Made by a program: the position numbers and the translations under genes
NCBI GenBank assembly: GCA_910586985.1
Contig: CAJUKK010000012.1
Span: 5,377-69,376, forward strand
Length of the DNA stretch: 64,000 nucleotides
From: an uncultured Christensenellaceae bacterium
GTDB lineage: Bacteria > Bacillota > Clostridia > Christensenellales > Borkfalkiaceae
Direction of reading: 5' to 3'
In this document: piece after piece, positions 1 to 8,534 of the stretch
How positions within the stretch are numbered: position 1 is the stretch's first letter
How the letters are laid out: every line of letters starts with the position of its first letter
The notes under the pieces: generated by a model
What the model was told of the DNA's origin: nothing
Seen by the model: the letters and a program-made list of their open reading frames with translations, nothing else
Databases searched by the model: none

Positions 1-114
1 CGTACTCTTTCCCGAATTACTCTTGCCGCACACGGCTATCATCGGTTTTTCGGGTAAAATGAACTGCGCCGCCGTCGCCGCCGAGGTAACGAACTTCGCC
101 TGTTTAATGACCAT
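1..114 (-). CDS. engB: Ribosome-biogenesis GTPase EngB/YsxC, first 38 codons only (gene runs off the left edge)
   Basis: Hand translation of the minus strand gives [38 protein letters not shown], with a G-x4-GKS P-loop where EngB has it. The ATG at 114 overlaps the lon stop by 11 nt. lon-engB adjacency is typical of Firmicutes. Below the 60-aa cutoff of the ORF track. Confidence 0.6.
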   Translation of the reverse strand, partial: MVIKQAKFVTSAATAAQFILPEKPMIAVCGKSNSGKST

Positions 115-2434
115 AGCTCAACCCCGTCACCGCATTTTCAAACACCTGATCGATACTCTTAACGCAGATAAAATTCAAGTCTTTGCGCACCGTCTCGGGG
201 ATTTCCTCTACGTCTTTTTTGTTCTCTTCGGGAATAATCACGTCCCTGATTCCGATCCGGTTTGCCGCAAGCGCTTTCTCTTTTAACCCGCCGATAGGCA
301 ACACCTTCCCGCGCAGGGTGATCTCGCCCGTCATGGCAACGTCCTTCCGCACAGGTTGTCCCGTGAAGGCGGAGAGAATGGCGGTTGCCATAGTAATGCC
401 CGCGCTCGGACCGTCCTTAGGCGTCGCCCCCTCGGGTACGTGTATGTGAATGTCTTTCGTCTCGAAATCGTGTCCGTCGATTCCGTACTTTTCCGCATGC
501 GCGCGAATATAACTGATCGCCGCGCGGGCGGACTCCTTCATAACGTCGCCGAGTTTGCCCGTGAGAAGAATGTCCCCCTTCCCCTGCATTGCGGAAACTT
601 CGATCGTGAGCGTCGCCCCGCCGACGGACGTCCAGGCAAGTCCCGTGGCAGTACCCACCTCGTCCGTGTCCAACATATCTTCGTCGCGCAAAAAACGCTT
701 AGCGCCGAGAAATTTTTCAAGATTGGTCTTTGTAACGGATATGCACTCTTGATCCTCGCCCTTGGCAATGCGAACCGCCGCTTTGCGGCACACCGTGCCG
801 ACCGTGCGTTCGAGCGAGCGCACGCCCGCCTCCATGGTGTAACCGTCGATAATCGCACCGATCGCGCCGTCCGTAAATTTGAGCTGATCCTCTTTAAGCC
901 CGTTCTCCTTGCGTTTTTTCGGAACAAGATATCGCTTGGCAATCTCCTGTTTCTCCTGCGGAGTATAGCCGGATAGCTCTATAATCTCCATGCGGTCGCG
1001 GAGCGGAACGGGGATGGTGTCGAGCGCGTTCGCCGTTGCAATAAACATTACTTTAGAGAGATCGTACTCCACCTCGAGATAACGATCGCGGAAAGTAGAA
1101 TTTTGTTCGGGGTCGAGCACCTCCAATAACGCGCTTGCGGGATCCCCCCGCATGTCGGAAGATATCTTATCGATCTCGTCGAGAAGAAACACGGGATTTA
1201 CCGAGCCTGCGTTCTTCATTTCGTATAAGATACGCCCGGGCATCGCGCCGATGTAAGTGCGCCTGTGTCCGCGTATCTCCGCCTCGTCCTTTAATCCGCC
1301 GAGACTCATACGTACGAATTTTCGCCCGAGCGAACGCGCGATCGACTTTGCGATACTCGTTTTACCTACCCCCGGCGGACCAACCAAACACAATATGGGC
1401 GCTTTCAGCTCGCCCGTCAATTTGAGTACGGCAAGATACTCGACAACCCGTTCTTTGATCTTTTCCAAACCGTAATGATCGTCGTTGAGTATCTTCTCCA
1501 CGTCTTTAAGACTCTCCGTATCTTCCGTCTGCTCGTTCCAGGGAAGATCGATCAGCCAATCGGCATAATTGCGGAGCACCGTATATTCTGGTGAAGAGGG
1601 CGGCATCTTGTCCATACGGGCAAGTTCCGCAAGCGCTTTTTCCTCTACTGCAGCGGGAAGCTTTTTATTTAAAATTTTCTCTTTGAGTTTTTCGTTCTCT
1701 TCGAGATCGTCGCCAAGTTCGGTATGAATTACCTTCAGCTGTTCACGCAAAAAGTACTCTTTTTGCGACTTATCGATGTTTTTTCTTACGTCCTGAGCGA
1801 TCTTACGTTCCAGACGCGCCACTTCGATCTCATCGTTAAGACAATGGTCGAAGAGTTTCATGCGGCGCGTAAGCACGTTCTCTTCAAGCAAACTTTGTTT
1901 AATATCGTCGCGAATACGGAGATGATGCGCGCAGACGTTTACATACGCATCGATATCCCCTATCGTAGAGAGTACAGCCTCTACGTCCTTAGAAATACGA
2001 CCGTCCCCAGACACGATATCTTTTACAAGCTCTTTCGCCGTACGGAAATACGCCTCTTCCAGATTGTCGTCCGCATGAACGGTTTTAAGTTCGTCCGTCA
2101 CGCTGTAAATGTAGCCGTTTTCTACGCGGTACGACCGCGCGACGGCGCGATAGAGTCCCTCGGCATATACGCGTATGCGATCGCCCGGGAGCCGCGTGAT
2201 CTGACGGATACGCGCAACCGTACCGACGTTATAAAGATCCCCTTCGTCGGGCGTCTCCTTTTCGGAATTTTTCTGTTTGACAATAAATATATGACGATCG
2301 TCCTTTTCCGACCGTTCGATCGCGGCAAGCGAAACTCCCCGCCCCGCGTCGAACGCGACCGAGGTATCGGGAAACACGACTTGCGTGCGCATGGGAATTA
2401 CGGCAAGCACCGCCGTTCTTTGCGATTGTTCCAT
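104..2434 (-). CDS. lon: ATP-dependent Lon protease
   Basis: 776-aa ORF with an N-terminal LON domain, Walker [10 protein letters not shown] and the C-terminal proteolytic motif [14 protein letters not shown]. Confidence 0.95.
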   Translation of the reverse strand: MEQSQRTAVLAVIPMRTQVVFPDTSVAFDAGRGVSLAAIERSEKDDRHIFIVKQKNSEKETPDEGDLYNVGTVARIRQITRLPGDRIRVYAEGLYRAVARSYRVENGYIYSVTDELKTVHADDNLEEAYFRTAKELVKDIVSGDGRISKDVEAVLSTIGDIDAYVNVCAHHLRIRDDIKQSLLEENVLTRRMKLFDHCLNDEIEVARLERKIAQDVRKNIDKSQKEYFLREQLKVIHTELGDDLEENEKLKEKILNKKLPAAVEEKALAELARMDKMPPSSPEYTVLRNYADWLIDLPWNEQTEDTESLKDVEKILNDDHYGLEKIKERVVEYLAVLKLTGELKAPILCLVGPPGVGKTSIAKSIARSLGRKFVRMSLGGLKDEAEIRGHRRTYIGAMPGRILYEMKNAGSVNPVFLLDEIDKISSDMRGDPASALLEVLDPEQNSTFRDRYLEVEYDLSKVMFIATANALDTIPVPLRDRMEIIELSGYTPQEKQEIAKRYLVPKKRKENGLKEDQLKFTDGAIGAIIDGYTMEAGVRSLERTVGTVCRKAAVRIAKGEDQECISVTKTNLEKFLGAKRFLRDEDMLDTDEVGTATGLAWTSVGGATLTIEVSAMQGKGDILLTGKLGDVMKESARAAISYIRAHAEKYGIDGHDFETKDIHIHVPEGATPKDGPSAGITMATAILSAFTGQPVRKDVAMTGEITLRGKVLPIGGLKEKALAANRIGIRDVIIPEENKKDVEEIPETVRKDLNFICVKSIDQVFENAVTGLSYGH

Positions 2435-2469
2435 TCGCCCCTCCTTTTCCGTATGATTCGGGTCTTATA

Positions 2470-2498
2470 TTTATATCACACATTTTTGCGCATTTCAA
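2470..2498 (-). promoter_or_regulatory. Candidate sigma-A promoter for lon
   Basis: Minus strand reads TTGAAA, a 17-nt spacer, then TATAAA, about 35 nt upstream of the lon SD (GGAGGGG). Confidence 0.35.
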
Positions 2499-2614
2499 GC
2501 GTATTTTTAAAAATATTCCGAAAATATCCGTGTCGCACCCGCAAGCCGGATATTCGGTCATTCCCCAGCGCGTACAAAACGCGAGAAAAAATGCTCTACA
2601 CTTTGACGAAAATC

Positions 2615-2642
2615 AAAAAACCACGTAAAATCCGTGGTTTTT
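2615..2642 (-). terminator. Intrinsic terminator after ansA
   Basis: Minus-sense CCACG-loop-CGUGG hairpin followed by a U-run, 8 nt after the ansA stop. Confidence 0.55.
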
Positions 2643-2649
2643 ATGTGCA

Positions 2650-3642
2650 TTAAAAAATATCGCGGTTGACGGGGCGGTAAAACAATTCTTCAACTTCCCT
2701 TTCAGACTTTGCACGCGATAGAATACACATAAGTTTGACAACGGTTGCCTCGAGCGTCATACACCGCGCCTCTAAAACATTGCCGCATTCGCGGATACGG
2801 CGGCCGACTTCGTATTTATCGAGCGTGCTCCCCTCGCGTTCCACCTGCGTAGTCAAAACAACCGTTTTTCCCTTATCCAGAAGTCGTTTCATACTCGTAT
2901 AAAACGCATCGTCCTCATAGTTCGGAAGTCCGCCCGCGCCGAACGATTCGATCACGATTCCGTCGTAATATTCGCCGAGATAGTCTAAAATCTCCGCGCG
3001 TATACCGGGAATCATTTTCAGCACGAACACCTTTTCGTTGAGCGCGTGATAAAATTTCGGCTCGCCGACGGGTGCGGCGTCGCGGATATAGTAGAGCGGT
3101 TCGCCGTCGCGCATAATAGCGATCTCGGGAAAATCCACGCTCGAAAAAGCGTTAAAACTCTGCGTGCGCGTCTTTTTCGCGCGTGTGCCGAGAATCACCT
3201 TTCCGTCGAATACCACGTGAACGCCGTGCGCCCCGTCGTCCGCACAATAGGAAAAAGCGTCGTATAAATTCTTGCGCGCGTCGGTATCGCGCAGATATGC
3301 CGATTTCTGCGAACCCGTAAGCACGATTGGTTTATTGCAATTTTCGATCAGATAGGAGAGCGCCGCCGCCGTGTACGCCATCGTGTCCGTTCCGTGCGTG
3401 ATGACAAACCCGTCGTATCCACTGTAATTCTCCTCGATGATACGGACAAGCGCGAGCCAATGCGGCGCATATAAATTCGTACTGTCGAGATTAAAAGGCT
3501 GAAGCGTTTCGATCTCGCACTTTTCTTTGAGTTCGGGCACGCAGGCGAGCAACTCCTTTGAACTGATGGCGGGTGCGAGTCCCGCTCCGCTGTTTTTGGA
3601 GGCGATCGTACCGCCCGTTGCGATCATTAAAATCTTCTTCAT
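2650..3642 (-). CDS. ansA: L-asparaginase, type I (cytoplasmic)
   Basis: 330 aa. N-terminal MIATGGTIAS active-site motif and HGTDTMAYTAAALS motif. Confidence 0.9.
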   Translation of the reverse strand: MKKILMIATGGTIASKNSGAGLAPAISSKELLACVPELKEKCEIETLQPFNLDSTNLYAPHWLALVRIIEENYSGYDGFVITHGTDTMAYTAAALSYLIENCNKPIVLTGSQKSAYLRDTDARKNLYDAFSYCADDGAHGVHVVFDGKVILGTRAKKTRTQSFNAFSSVDFPEIAIMRDGEPLYYIRDAAPVGEPKFYHALNEKVFVLKMIPGIRAEILDYLGEYYDGIVIESFGAGGLPNYEDDAFYTSMKRLLDKGKTVVLTTQVEREGSTLDKYEVGRRIRECGNVLEARCMTLEATVVKLMCILSRAKSEREVEELFYRPVNRDIF

Positions 3643-3649
3643 ATCCGAC

Positions 3650-4465
3650 CTACCGTAATTTTTGTTTTAATCTTATAACCGTATTTGCACCAACTCCGAT
3701 ATCCGCCAAATACCCTTCGATCCCGCCGCGCATTCCGATCGCATCGAAAAAGGAGCTCAGCTTTCGTTCGCGAACCTCCCGCCGCGTTTCCCCGACTGCA
3801 CGGTACGAAAGACAAAAATCATCCTTTACCCGCTCGTCGCTCGCGCCTGCGAGCAAGAGCAAAATCGCGGCGATTACGCCCGTTCTGTCCTTTCCCGCGC
3901 CGCAACCAAAGAGCGCGCAGCCTTGCGCCGCAGCAAGCTCGACCAACGCTCTCTGCGTTCCTTCACTCTCCGCAAGTTCGCGATAATCGCATTGCGGATC
4001 GCCGCTTAAAGGACACTGAATTGGGGATATCTCCGACTCTTCCTCTTTCCGTTCGCTTTCCTCCCGCAAATCGACAAAGACGTTTACTCCGTAATTTCGG
4101 AGCAATTTAACGTCTTCTCTGTCCGTAGGAAAATCCGAACGCAAAAAAACGTTGTAGCGCGTAAAAAATTTTTCGCCGTAACGAATACCCCCGAGTTCTC
4201 TGCAATTTTTCGCAAAAGAAAGCGGAATACGCCTTGCTCCGTATTTTGCCGTAACGCGCTTTAACAGAGATATTTGATAGGGCGCGCCCTTCTCTTCCGC
4301 CCGCAAAACCTTTTCGACGCGGGCAAGCTGTAAACGGTTATGAGAACCGACGGGGGCAAGCACGCGGTCTCCCTCGCTCAGATCCCCGTCGCACAAGTAC
4401 CAATATACCCGTTCCGCAATATTTTCATCCTCCGTAAAACGGAGCAGCGCAAAATCGAACGGCAT
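3650..4465 (-). CDS. Two-domain protein: small N-terminal WYL..GDRVLxPVG domain fused to a protein-tyrosine-phosphatase-like domain
   Basis: ORF 3650..4510 trimmed to Met16 (MPFDF) so that it abuts the upstream stop. The C-terminal half carries RSD...VDLR and the CX5R P-loop CGAGKDRTG. The N-terminal ~90 aa is paralogous to the 82-aa protein at 59827..60075. Confidence 0.7.
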   Translation of the reverse strand: MPFDFALLRFTEDENIAERVYWYLCDGDLSEGDRVLAPVGSHNRLQLARVEKVLRAEEKGAPYQISLLKRVTAKYGARRIPLSFAKNCRELGGIRYGEKFFTRYNVFLRSDFPTDREDVKLLRNYGVNVFVDLREESERKEEESEISPIQCPLSGDPQCDYRELAESEGTQRALVELAAAQGCALFGCGAGKDRTGVIAAILLLLAGASDERVKDDFCLSYRAVGETRREVRERKLSSFFDAIGMRGGIEGYLADIGVGANTVIRLKQKLR

Positions 4466-4467
4466 AC

Positions 4468-5262
4468 TCACCACTCGTTGGGGAAGGGAGGAGACTGTGT
4501 GTCCCACCAATCTTCATAGTACTTTGTATAGAGCGAACAGCACTCGCTTACGTCGCTTTTGAGCGGAAGTCCGCTCTGCGTCAGGAACGCCGATACAAAC
4601 GCCTCGCATCGATCTGTCGTAATATCCTTTAAAAACGCCGCGCCGAGTTCCAATATATTCTCAGGCCGTCGGAGCGCAGAGCGCACCGCCTCTTCAAGCC
4701 GCCTGTTGCACGGAAAAAGCAGCTCGTTTTCTATAAGGATCAACCGGTACACGCTATACACGATCTCCTGTGCGAGATGCGCACGCATGTATGCGTTTTC
4801 TTGCCCCACGCAATGCAGAAAATAGCCGCGGTTCAACTGCAAATTCGCACAGAAACAATCGATTTTCCGCGATCTTTCATGCGCCGGATAGGTTGCAATG
4901 CGCGAGACGATTTCTGCGATTTCGCCATCCCGCGAAAATACGACCTGCGCTTTCACGTAAGCGTTCCTCGTCGGTTCGCTCCCCTTTTCCGCCGCAGCCT
5001 GCAACATTTTCTTTGTCTTATATTTGATATCGAAATAACCGCCCTCGTAAGTGCGATGCCCTGTAATGATTTCGGCAAGACGGTTTTCGGCGGCAAGTTC
5101 GCGATACGCTTCTTCCGTCACGACGACCACCGCGTCCACGTCCGAATCGGGCCTCGCGTTTCCCTTGACGATGGAACCGTCGAGCACGATTGCGATCACC
5201 TCTTCCCGACCTGCAAAATACTCTTTAAGTTTTTGTATGCTTTCCGCATGATGAGGATACAT
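4468..5262 (-). CDS. Nucleotidyltransferase (pol-beta fold, ANT/Lnu-like architecture)
   Basis: ORF trimmed to Met40 (MYPHH). G-S...D-x-D signature DGSIVKGNARPDSDVDAVVV followed by a helical C-terminal domain. Substrate unknown. Confidence 0.7.
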   Translation of the reverse strand: MYPHHAESIQKLKEYFAGREEVIAIVLDGSIVKGNARPDSDVDAVVVVTEEAYRELAAENRLAEIITGHRTYEGGYFDIKYKTKKMLQAAAEKGSEPTRNAYVKAQVVFSRDGEIAEIVSRIATYPAHERSRKIDCFCANLQLNRGYFLHCVGQENAYMRAHLAQEIVYSVYRLILIENELLFPCNRRLEEAVRSALRRPENILELGAAFLKDITTDRCEAFVSAFLTQSGLPLKSDVSECCSLYTKYYEDWWDTQSPPFPNEW

Positions 5263-5510
5263 TACGTTTGCTCCCTTGAAATGAGTCTGAGTTTGTCCGC
5301 GCGCGTCATGCGTTTGATTGCGCACTCGCGGCTTCTCGCCTCCCGCTCCGTTTCGAATTGCTCGAGATGGACGAGACAAACGGGAAGGCGGCTTCTCGTG
5401 TACTTTGCCCCCTTCCCGTCGTTGTGCGTCTGAATGCGCCGTACGGGATCAACCGTAAATCCCGTATACAAACTGCCGTCTTTGCAACGCACGATATATG
5501 TATAAAACAT
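5262..5510 (-). CDS. Stand-alone GIY-YIG nuclease-domain protein (UPF0213-like)
   Basis: 82 aa, FYTYIVRCKDGSLYTGFT...RIQTHN...E. The ATG directly follows the galM stop (TAAATG). Confidence 0.85.
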   Translation of the reverse strand: MFYTYIVRCKDGSLYTGFTVDPVRRIQTHNDGKGAKYTRSRLPVCLVHLEQFETEREARSRECAIKRMTRADKLRLISREQT

Positions 5511-6560
5511 TTACGCTTCGAACTTATAAGCCGCGGTAAAATGATATTCCTGACCCGCATCGAAAATCGAGCTTCCGCGGGCGGCGTATTCCTCTACGTT
5601 TACGTTGTTGGGAATCGCCTGCGTTTCGAGACAGAAACCCGCGCGCTGTCCGTAATGCGCGGTCTTTCCGTCCATATTCATGCCGTTGCCCGCATAGAAC
5701 TGAACGGCGGGCATATCCGTATAACAACTCATTTTGATGCCCGTTTTTTTGCTGAATACAACTGCGTACTTAACGTATTCGCCGCACTTGTTTTTGAGCA
5801 CGTGGCAGTGATCGTATCCGTTTCCCTGTTTAAGATCGATATCGTCCGCGCCGATGTCCCGTCCGATCTCTTTGGGCGCGTTGAAATCAAACGGCGTTCC
5901 CGCCACTTTTCTGAATCCGCCGACGGGAATCATCGTGGCATTGGTGGGCGTAATCTCGTCGCAGTCGATCCAGAGCACGTTGTCGAGAATACTGCCGTCG
6001 CCCTCGCCGTTGACGTTGAAATAGGCGTGGTTGGTGAGATTGATCGCCGTCTTTTTATCGGAGACGGCACGGTATTCGATTTTCAGTTCTCCGCCCTGAA
6101 ACGTATAAGTAACTTCCACTTTCAGCGTACCGGGGTAATTCTCCTCGCCGTCGGGCGAAAGGATGGATAAAATCAGCTTGTCCCCTTCTATCCTGTGCGC
6201 CCAGATCTTCTGATCGAAACCGGACTTCCCGCCGTGAAGATGGTTGCCGCGGTCGTTGCAGTAGAGCGCATACTCCTTGCCGTCGATCGTCAGCCTGCCC
6301 TCGCCGATGCGGTTTCCGAACCTGCCGATAAGCGCGCCTAAAAATCCGCCGTTGTTCTCATACCCCGCCATGTCGTTATAACCGAGAATGACGTCCGTCG
6401 GGTTGCCGTTTTTATCGGGGACGACGATACTCTGGATAATGCCGCCGCGGTTCAAAACCGTTGCGCTGCGGTTGCCGTCCTCAAACGTGAACGCAAGAAC
6501 CTCCTCGCCGTTTTTCGTCTTACCGAATACTCTTTCTGAAATCATATTATGTACCTCCAA
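5511..6560 (-). CDS. galM: Aldose 1-epimerase (galactose mutarotase)
   Basis: 349 aa with family motifs NHLHGG, INLTNHAYFNV and FCLETQ. Confidence 0.9.
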   Translation of the reverse strand: MEVHNMISERVFGKTKNGEEVLAFTFEDGNRSATVLNRGGIIQSIVVPDKNGNPTDVILGYNDMAGYENNGGFLGALIGRFGNRIGEGRLTIDGKEYALYCNDRGNHLHGGKSGFDQKIWAHRIEGDKLILSILSPDGEENYPGTLKVEVTYTFQGGELKIEYRAVSDKKTAINLTNHAYFNVNGEGDGSILDNVLWIDCDEITPTNATMIPVGGFRKVAGTPFDFNAPKEIGRDIGADDIDLKQGNGYDHCHVLKNKCGEYVKYAVVFSKKTGIKMSCYTDMPAVQFYAGNGMNMDGKTAHYGQRAGFCLETQAIPNNVNVEEYAARGSSIFDAGQEYHFTAAYKFEA

Positions 6561-6566
6561 AGGTTT

Positions 6567-7784
6567 TTAATCGAATGAAATTTCGCACGCGCCGAACGGA
6601 CGCAAGCGCGCAACATGCACGTTTTCCCTGCCGAATATCCTGCCCGTTTCGGCGGCGTATTCCGCCGTCTCCCTTTCGGGAAGAATCGCAAGCACCGTAC
6701 CTGTGAAACCGCCGCCCATAATGCGGAACGCGCCCTCTTTAATAAGACGCGCGGCGGTGATAACGCCGATGAGAAGCGGCTGCGATACGTCGCCCGCGAC
6801 GTAGCCGTTTTGCAGGTAAGTGAGACTGCTTGCCCCGCTCGAGCGCACCTGCTTAAAAAACGCGCGCCTGTCCCCGCGCGCAAGCGCGTCCGCCGCACGG
6901 TCTACCCGCTCGTTTTCGGCAAAAAAGTGTGAGGCGCGCAAAATCGCCCGATCGCTCACCTTTTTCCGCAGTGCGGGAATACTCTCTTCAAATGCGGTTT
7001 TTTCGACCTCGCGCAGATACTTCTTATGAAAGTACGCCGTCACTTCCGACATCTCTTTGGAAATCGCCGCATAATGCTTGGTGAGCGACGAATGCGAGCC
7101 GCCCGTATTGACGAGTGCGAGCGCGTAACCTTCGGGCATGGACAAGCTCTTGACCCGCGGCGCACCCGCGCCGTAAAAATCCACCGCGTTGAGTCCGCCG
7201 AATGCAATACCCGTCTGATCGAGCAATCCGCACGGCTTTCCGAAATATACGTTCTCGGCAAATTTCCCCGCCTCGGCTTTTACAAGCGGCGGAATCTTCC
7301 CGCCCGCATAGAGCACGTTGACGATCTCCGCGATCAGCACCTCGAACGCCGCCGAAGAGGACACGCCCGCGCCGCGGAATACCGTAGAATGCGTGACGGC
7401 GGAAAAACCGCCGAGCGGATATTTACGATCGGCAAGATAACGGCAAACGCCGCGCGCAAGGGCGGATGATTTACGCGCCTCGCTCTCCCGCCGTTTCAGA
7501 TCTGAAACGTGAAAACGGATGGTGCGGAAGTCCTCCGCGCCGATCTCCACGATCCCGTCCGTCCGCAAAGAGACGGCGGCGAGAATATCGCACGAAATCG
7601 CGCCGACGATGACTTTCCCGAGATTATGATCGGTATGATTGCCGACGATCTCCGCACGACCGCAGGACGACACGTATACGGTCGGCGCCGTTTTATACCG
7701 CGAAACGAATAACGCTTCGAGCGTGTTTTTTCGCGCCAACATTGCCGACGCCTCGCGCCCGTAAACTTCTTCGTAATTTATCAT
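6567..7784 (-). CDS. galK: Galactokinase
   Basis: GHMP kinase with galactokinase signature GRAEIVGNHTDHN, PCGLLDQ and GGGFTGT. ORF trimmed to Met25 so it does not overlap the divergent gene at 7851. Confidence 0.88.
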   Translation of the reverse strand: MINYEEVYGREASAMLARKNTLEALFVSRYKTAPTVYVSSCGRAEIVGNHTDHNLGKVIVGAISCDILAAVSLRTDGIVEIGAEDFRTIRFHVSDLKRRESEARKSSALARGVCRYLADRKYPLGGFSAVTHSTVFRGAGVSSSAAFEVLIAEIVNVLYAGGKIPPLVKAEAGKFAENVYFGKPCGLLDQTGIAFGGLNAVDFYGAGAPRVKSLSMPEGYALALVNTGGSHSSLTKHYAAISKEMSEVTAYFHKKYLREVEKTAFEESIPALRKKVSDRAILRASHFFAENERVDRAADALARGDRRAFFKQVRSSGASSLTYLQNGYVAGDVSQPLLIGVITAARLIKEGAFRIMGGGFTGTVLAILPERETAEYAAETGRIFGRENVHVARLRPFGACEISFD

Positions 7785-7850
7785 ATCCGTATTATAACAC
7801 AACCCCATGCTTTTGTAAATAAAATTTCCAAAATTCGTCAAACTGAAAAT

Positions 7851-8534
7851 ATGCAAAAAAGATATATTCCGGTCGTATTCTTACTTGCGGTTCTGCTCGT
7901 GCTCTTTGCACACTTCGGAGCGAGAGTGGCGGCTCAACCCGCGTTCACCTATGCCGAAGAAGAGAAGAAAATTTATCTTACCTTCGACGACGGCCCGAGC
8001 ACCGTCGTGACGGGACGCATTCTCGATACGCTCAAAGAAAAAAACGTAAAGGCGACGTTTTTTATCGTGAGCGACCGCGCGCTCAGCCGCAGAGAAACCC
8101 TCCGCCGCATTGCGGCGGAGGGGCATACCCTCGGCGTGCACTCGGCAACGCACAATTACCGTGAAATTTACGCCTCTAAAGACGCCCTTTTAAAGGACAT
8201 TCAAACCTGTTCTTCCGTCATCGAAAAGACGACGGGCGTAACGCCGCGCGTTTACCGTTTCCCAGGCGGCGGCTGCGGTCACGCAAACGAATATTCCCCC
8301 GCCGTCCGCGAACAGGGATACCGCATTATCTCGTGGAACGCCGTATGCGGCGACGAAGAGATTTCCAACGCCAGCGCGGAAACGCTCATAAAAACCGCCA
8401 AAGAGACGGCGCAGGGGCGCTCTTCCGTCGTTATGCTGCTGCACGATTCCGCTTACCGCAAGACGACGGCGGAGGCGCTGCCCGACATTATCGAATACTT
8501 CCGCGGGCAAGGCTATACTTTTTGCGCCTTTTGA
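7851..8534 (+). CDS. Polysaccharide/peptidoglycan deacetylase (NodB domain), membrane-anchored
   Basis: N-terminal hydrophobic anchor, NodB motif YLTFDDGPS and His motif GVHSATHNY. Confidence 0.85.
   Translation: MQKRYIPVVFLLAVLLVLFAHFGARVAAQPAFTYAEEEKKIYLTFDDGPSTVVTGRILDTLKEKNVKATFFIVSDRALSRRETLRRIAAEGHTLGVHSATHNYREIYASKDALLKDIQTCSSVIEKTTGVTPRVYRFPGGGCGHANEYSPAVREQGYRIISWNAVCGDEEISNASAETLIKTAKETAQGRSSVVMLLHDSAYRKTTAEALPDIIEYFRGQGYTFCAF

Noticed and set aside
2435-2614. CIRCE or CtsR heat-shock operator upstream of lon
   Set aside because: There is no TTAGCACTC-N9-GAGTGCTAA inverted repeat and no tandem heptad CtsR-like repeat. Only a plain sigma-A-like promoter is visible.
1724-2653. 309-aa plus-strand ORF overlapping lon
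   Set aside because: It lies entirely antisense to a gene with unmistakable Lon motifs. The composition is Arg/Phe-rich, with no SD and no motifs. This is a typical shadow ORF in GC-rich coding DNA.
4468-5379. Long N-terminal extensions of several ORFs (for example 4468-5379, 18411-19406, 59827-60303, 54869-55972, 24369-25265, 6567-7856)
   Set aside because: The extensions overlap upstream genes, promoters or RNA elements and lack an SD. Internal Met codons preceded by AGGAG-like sequences match family N-termini, so shorter coordinates are reported.
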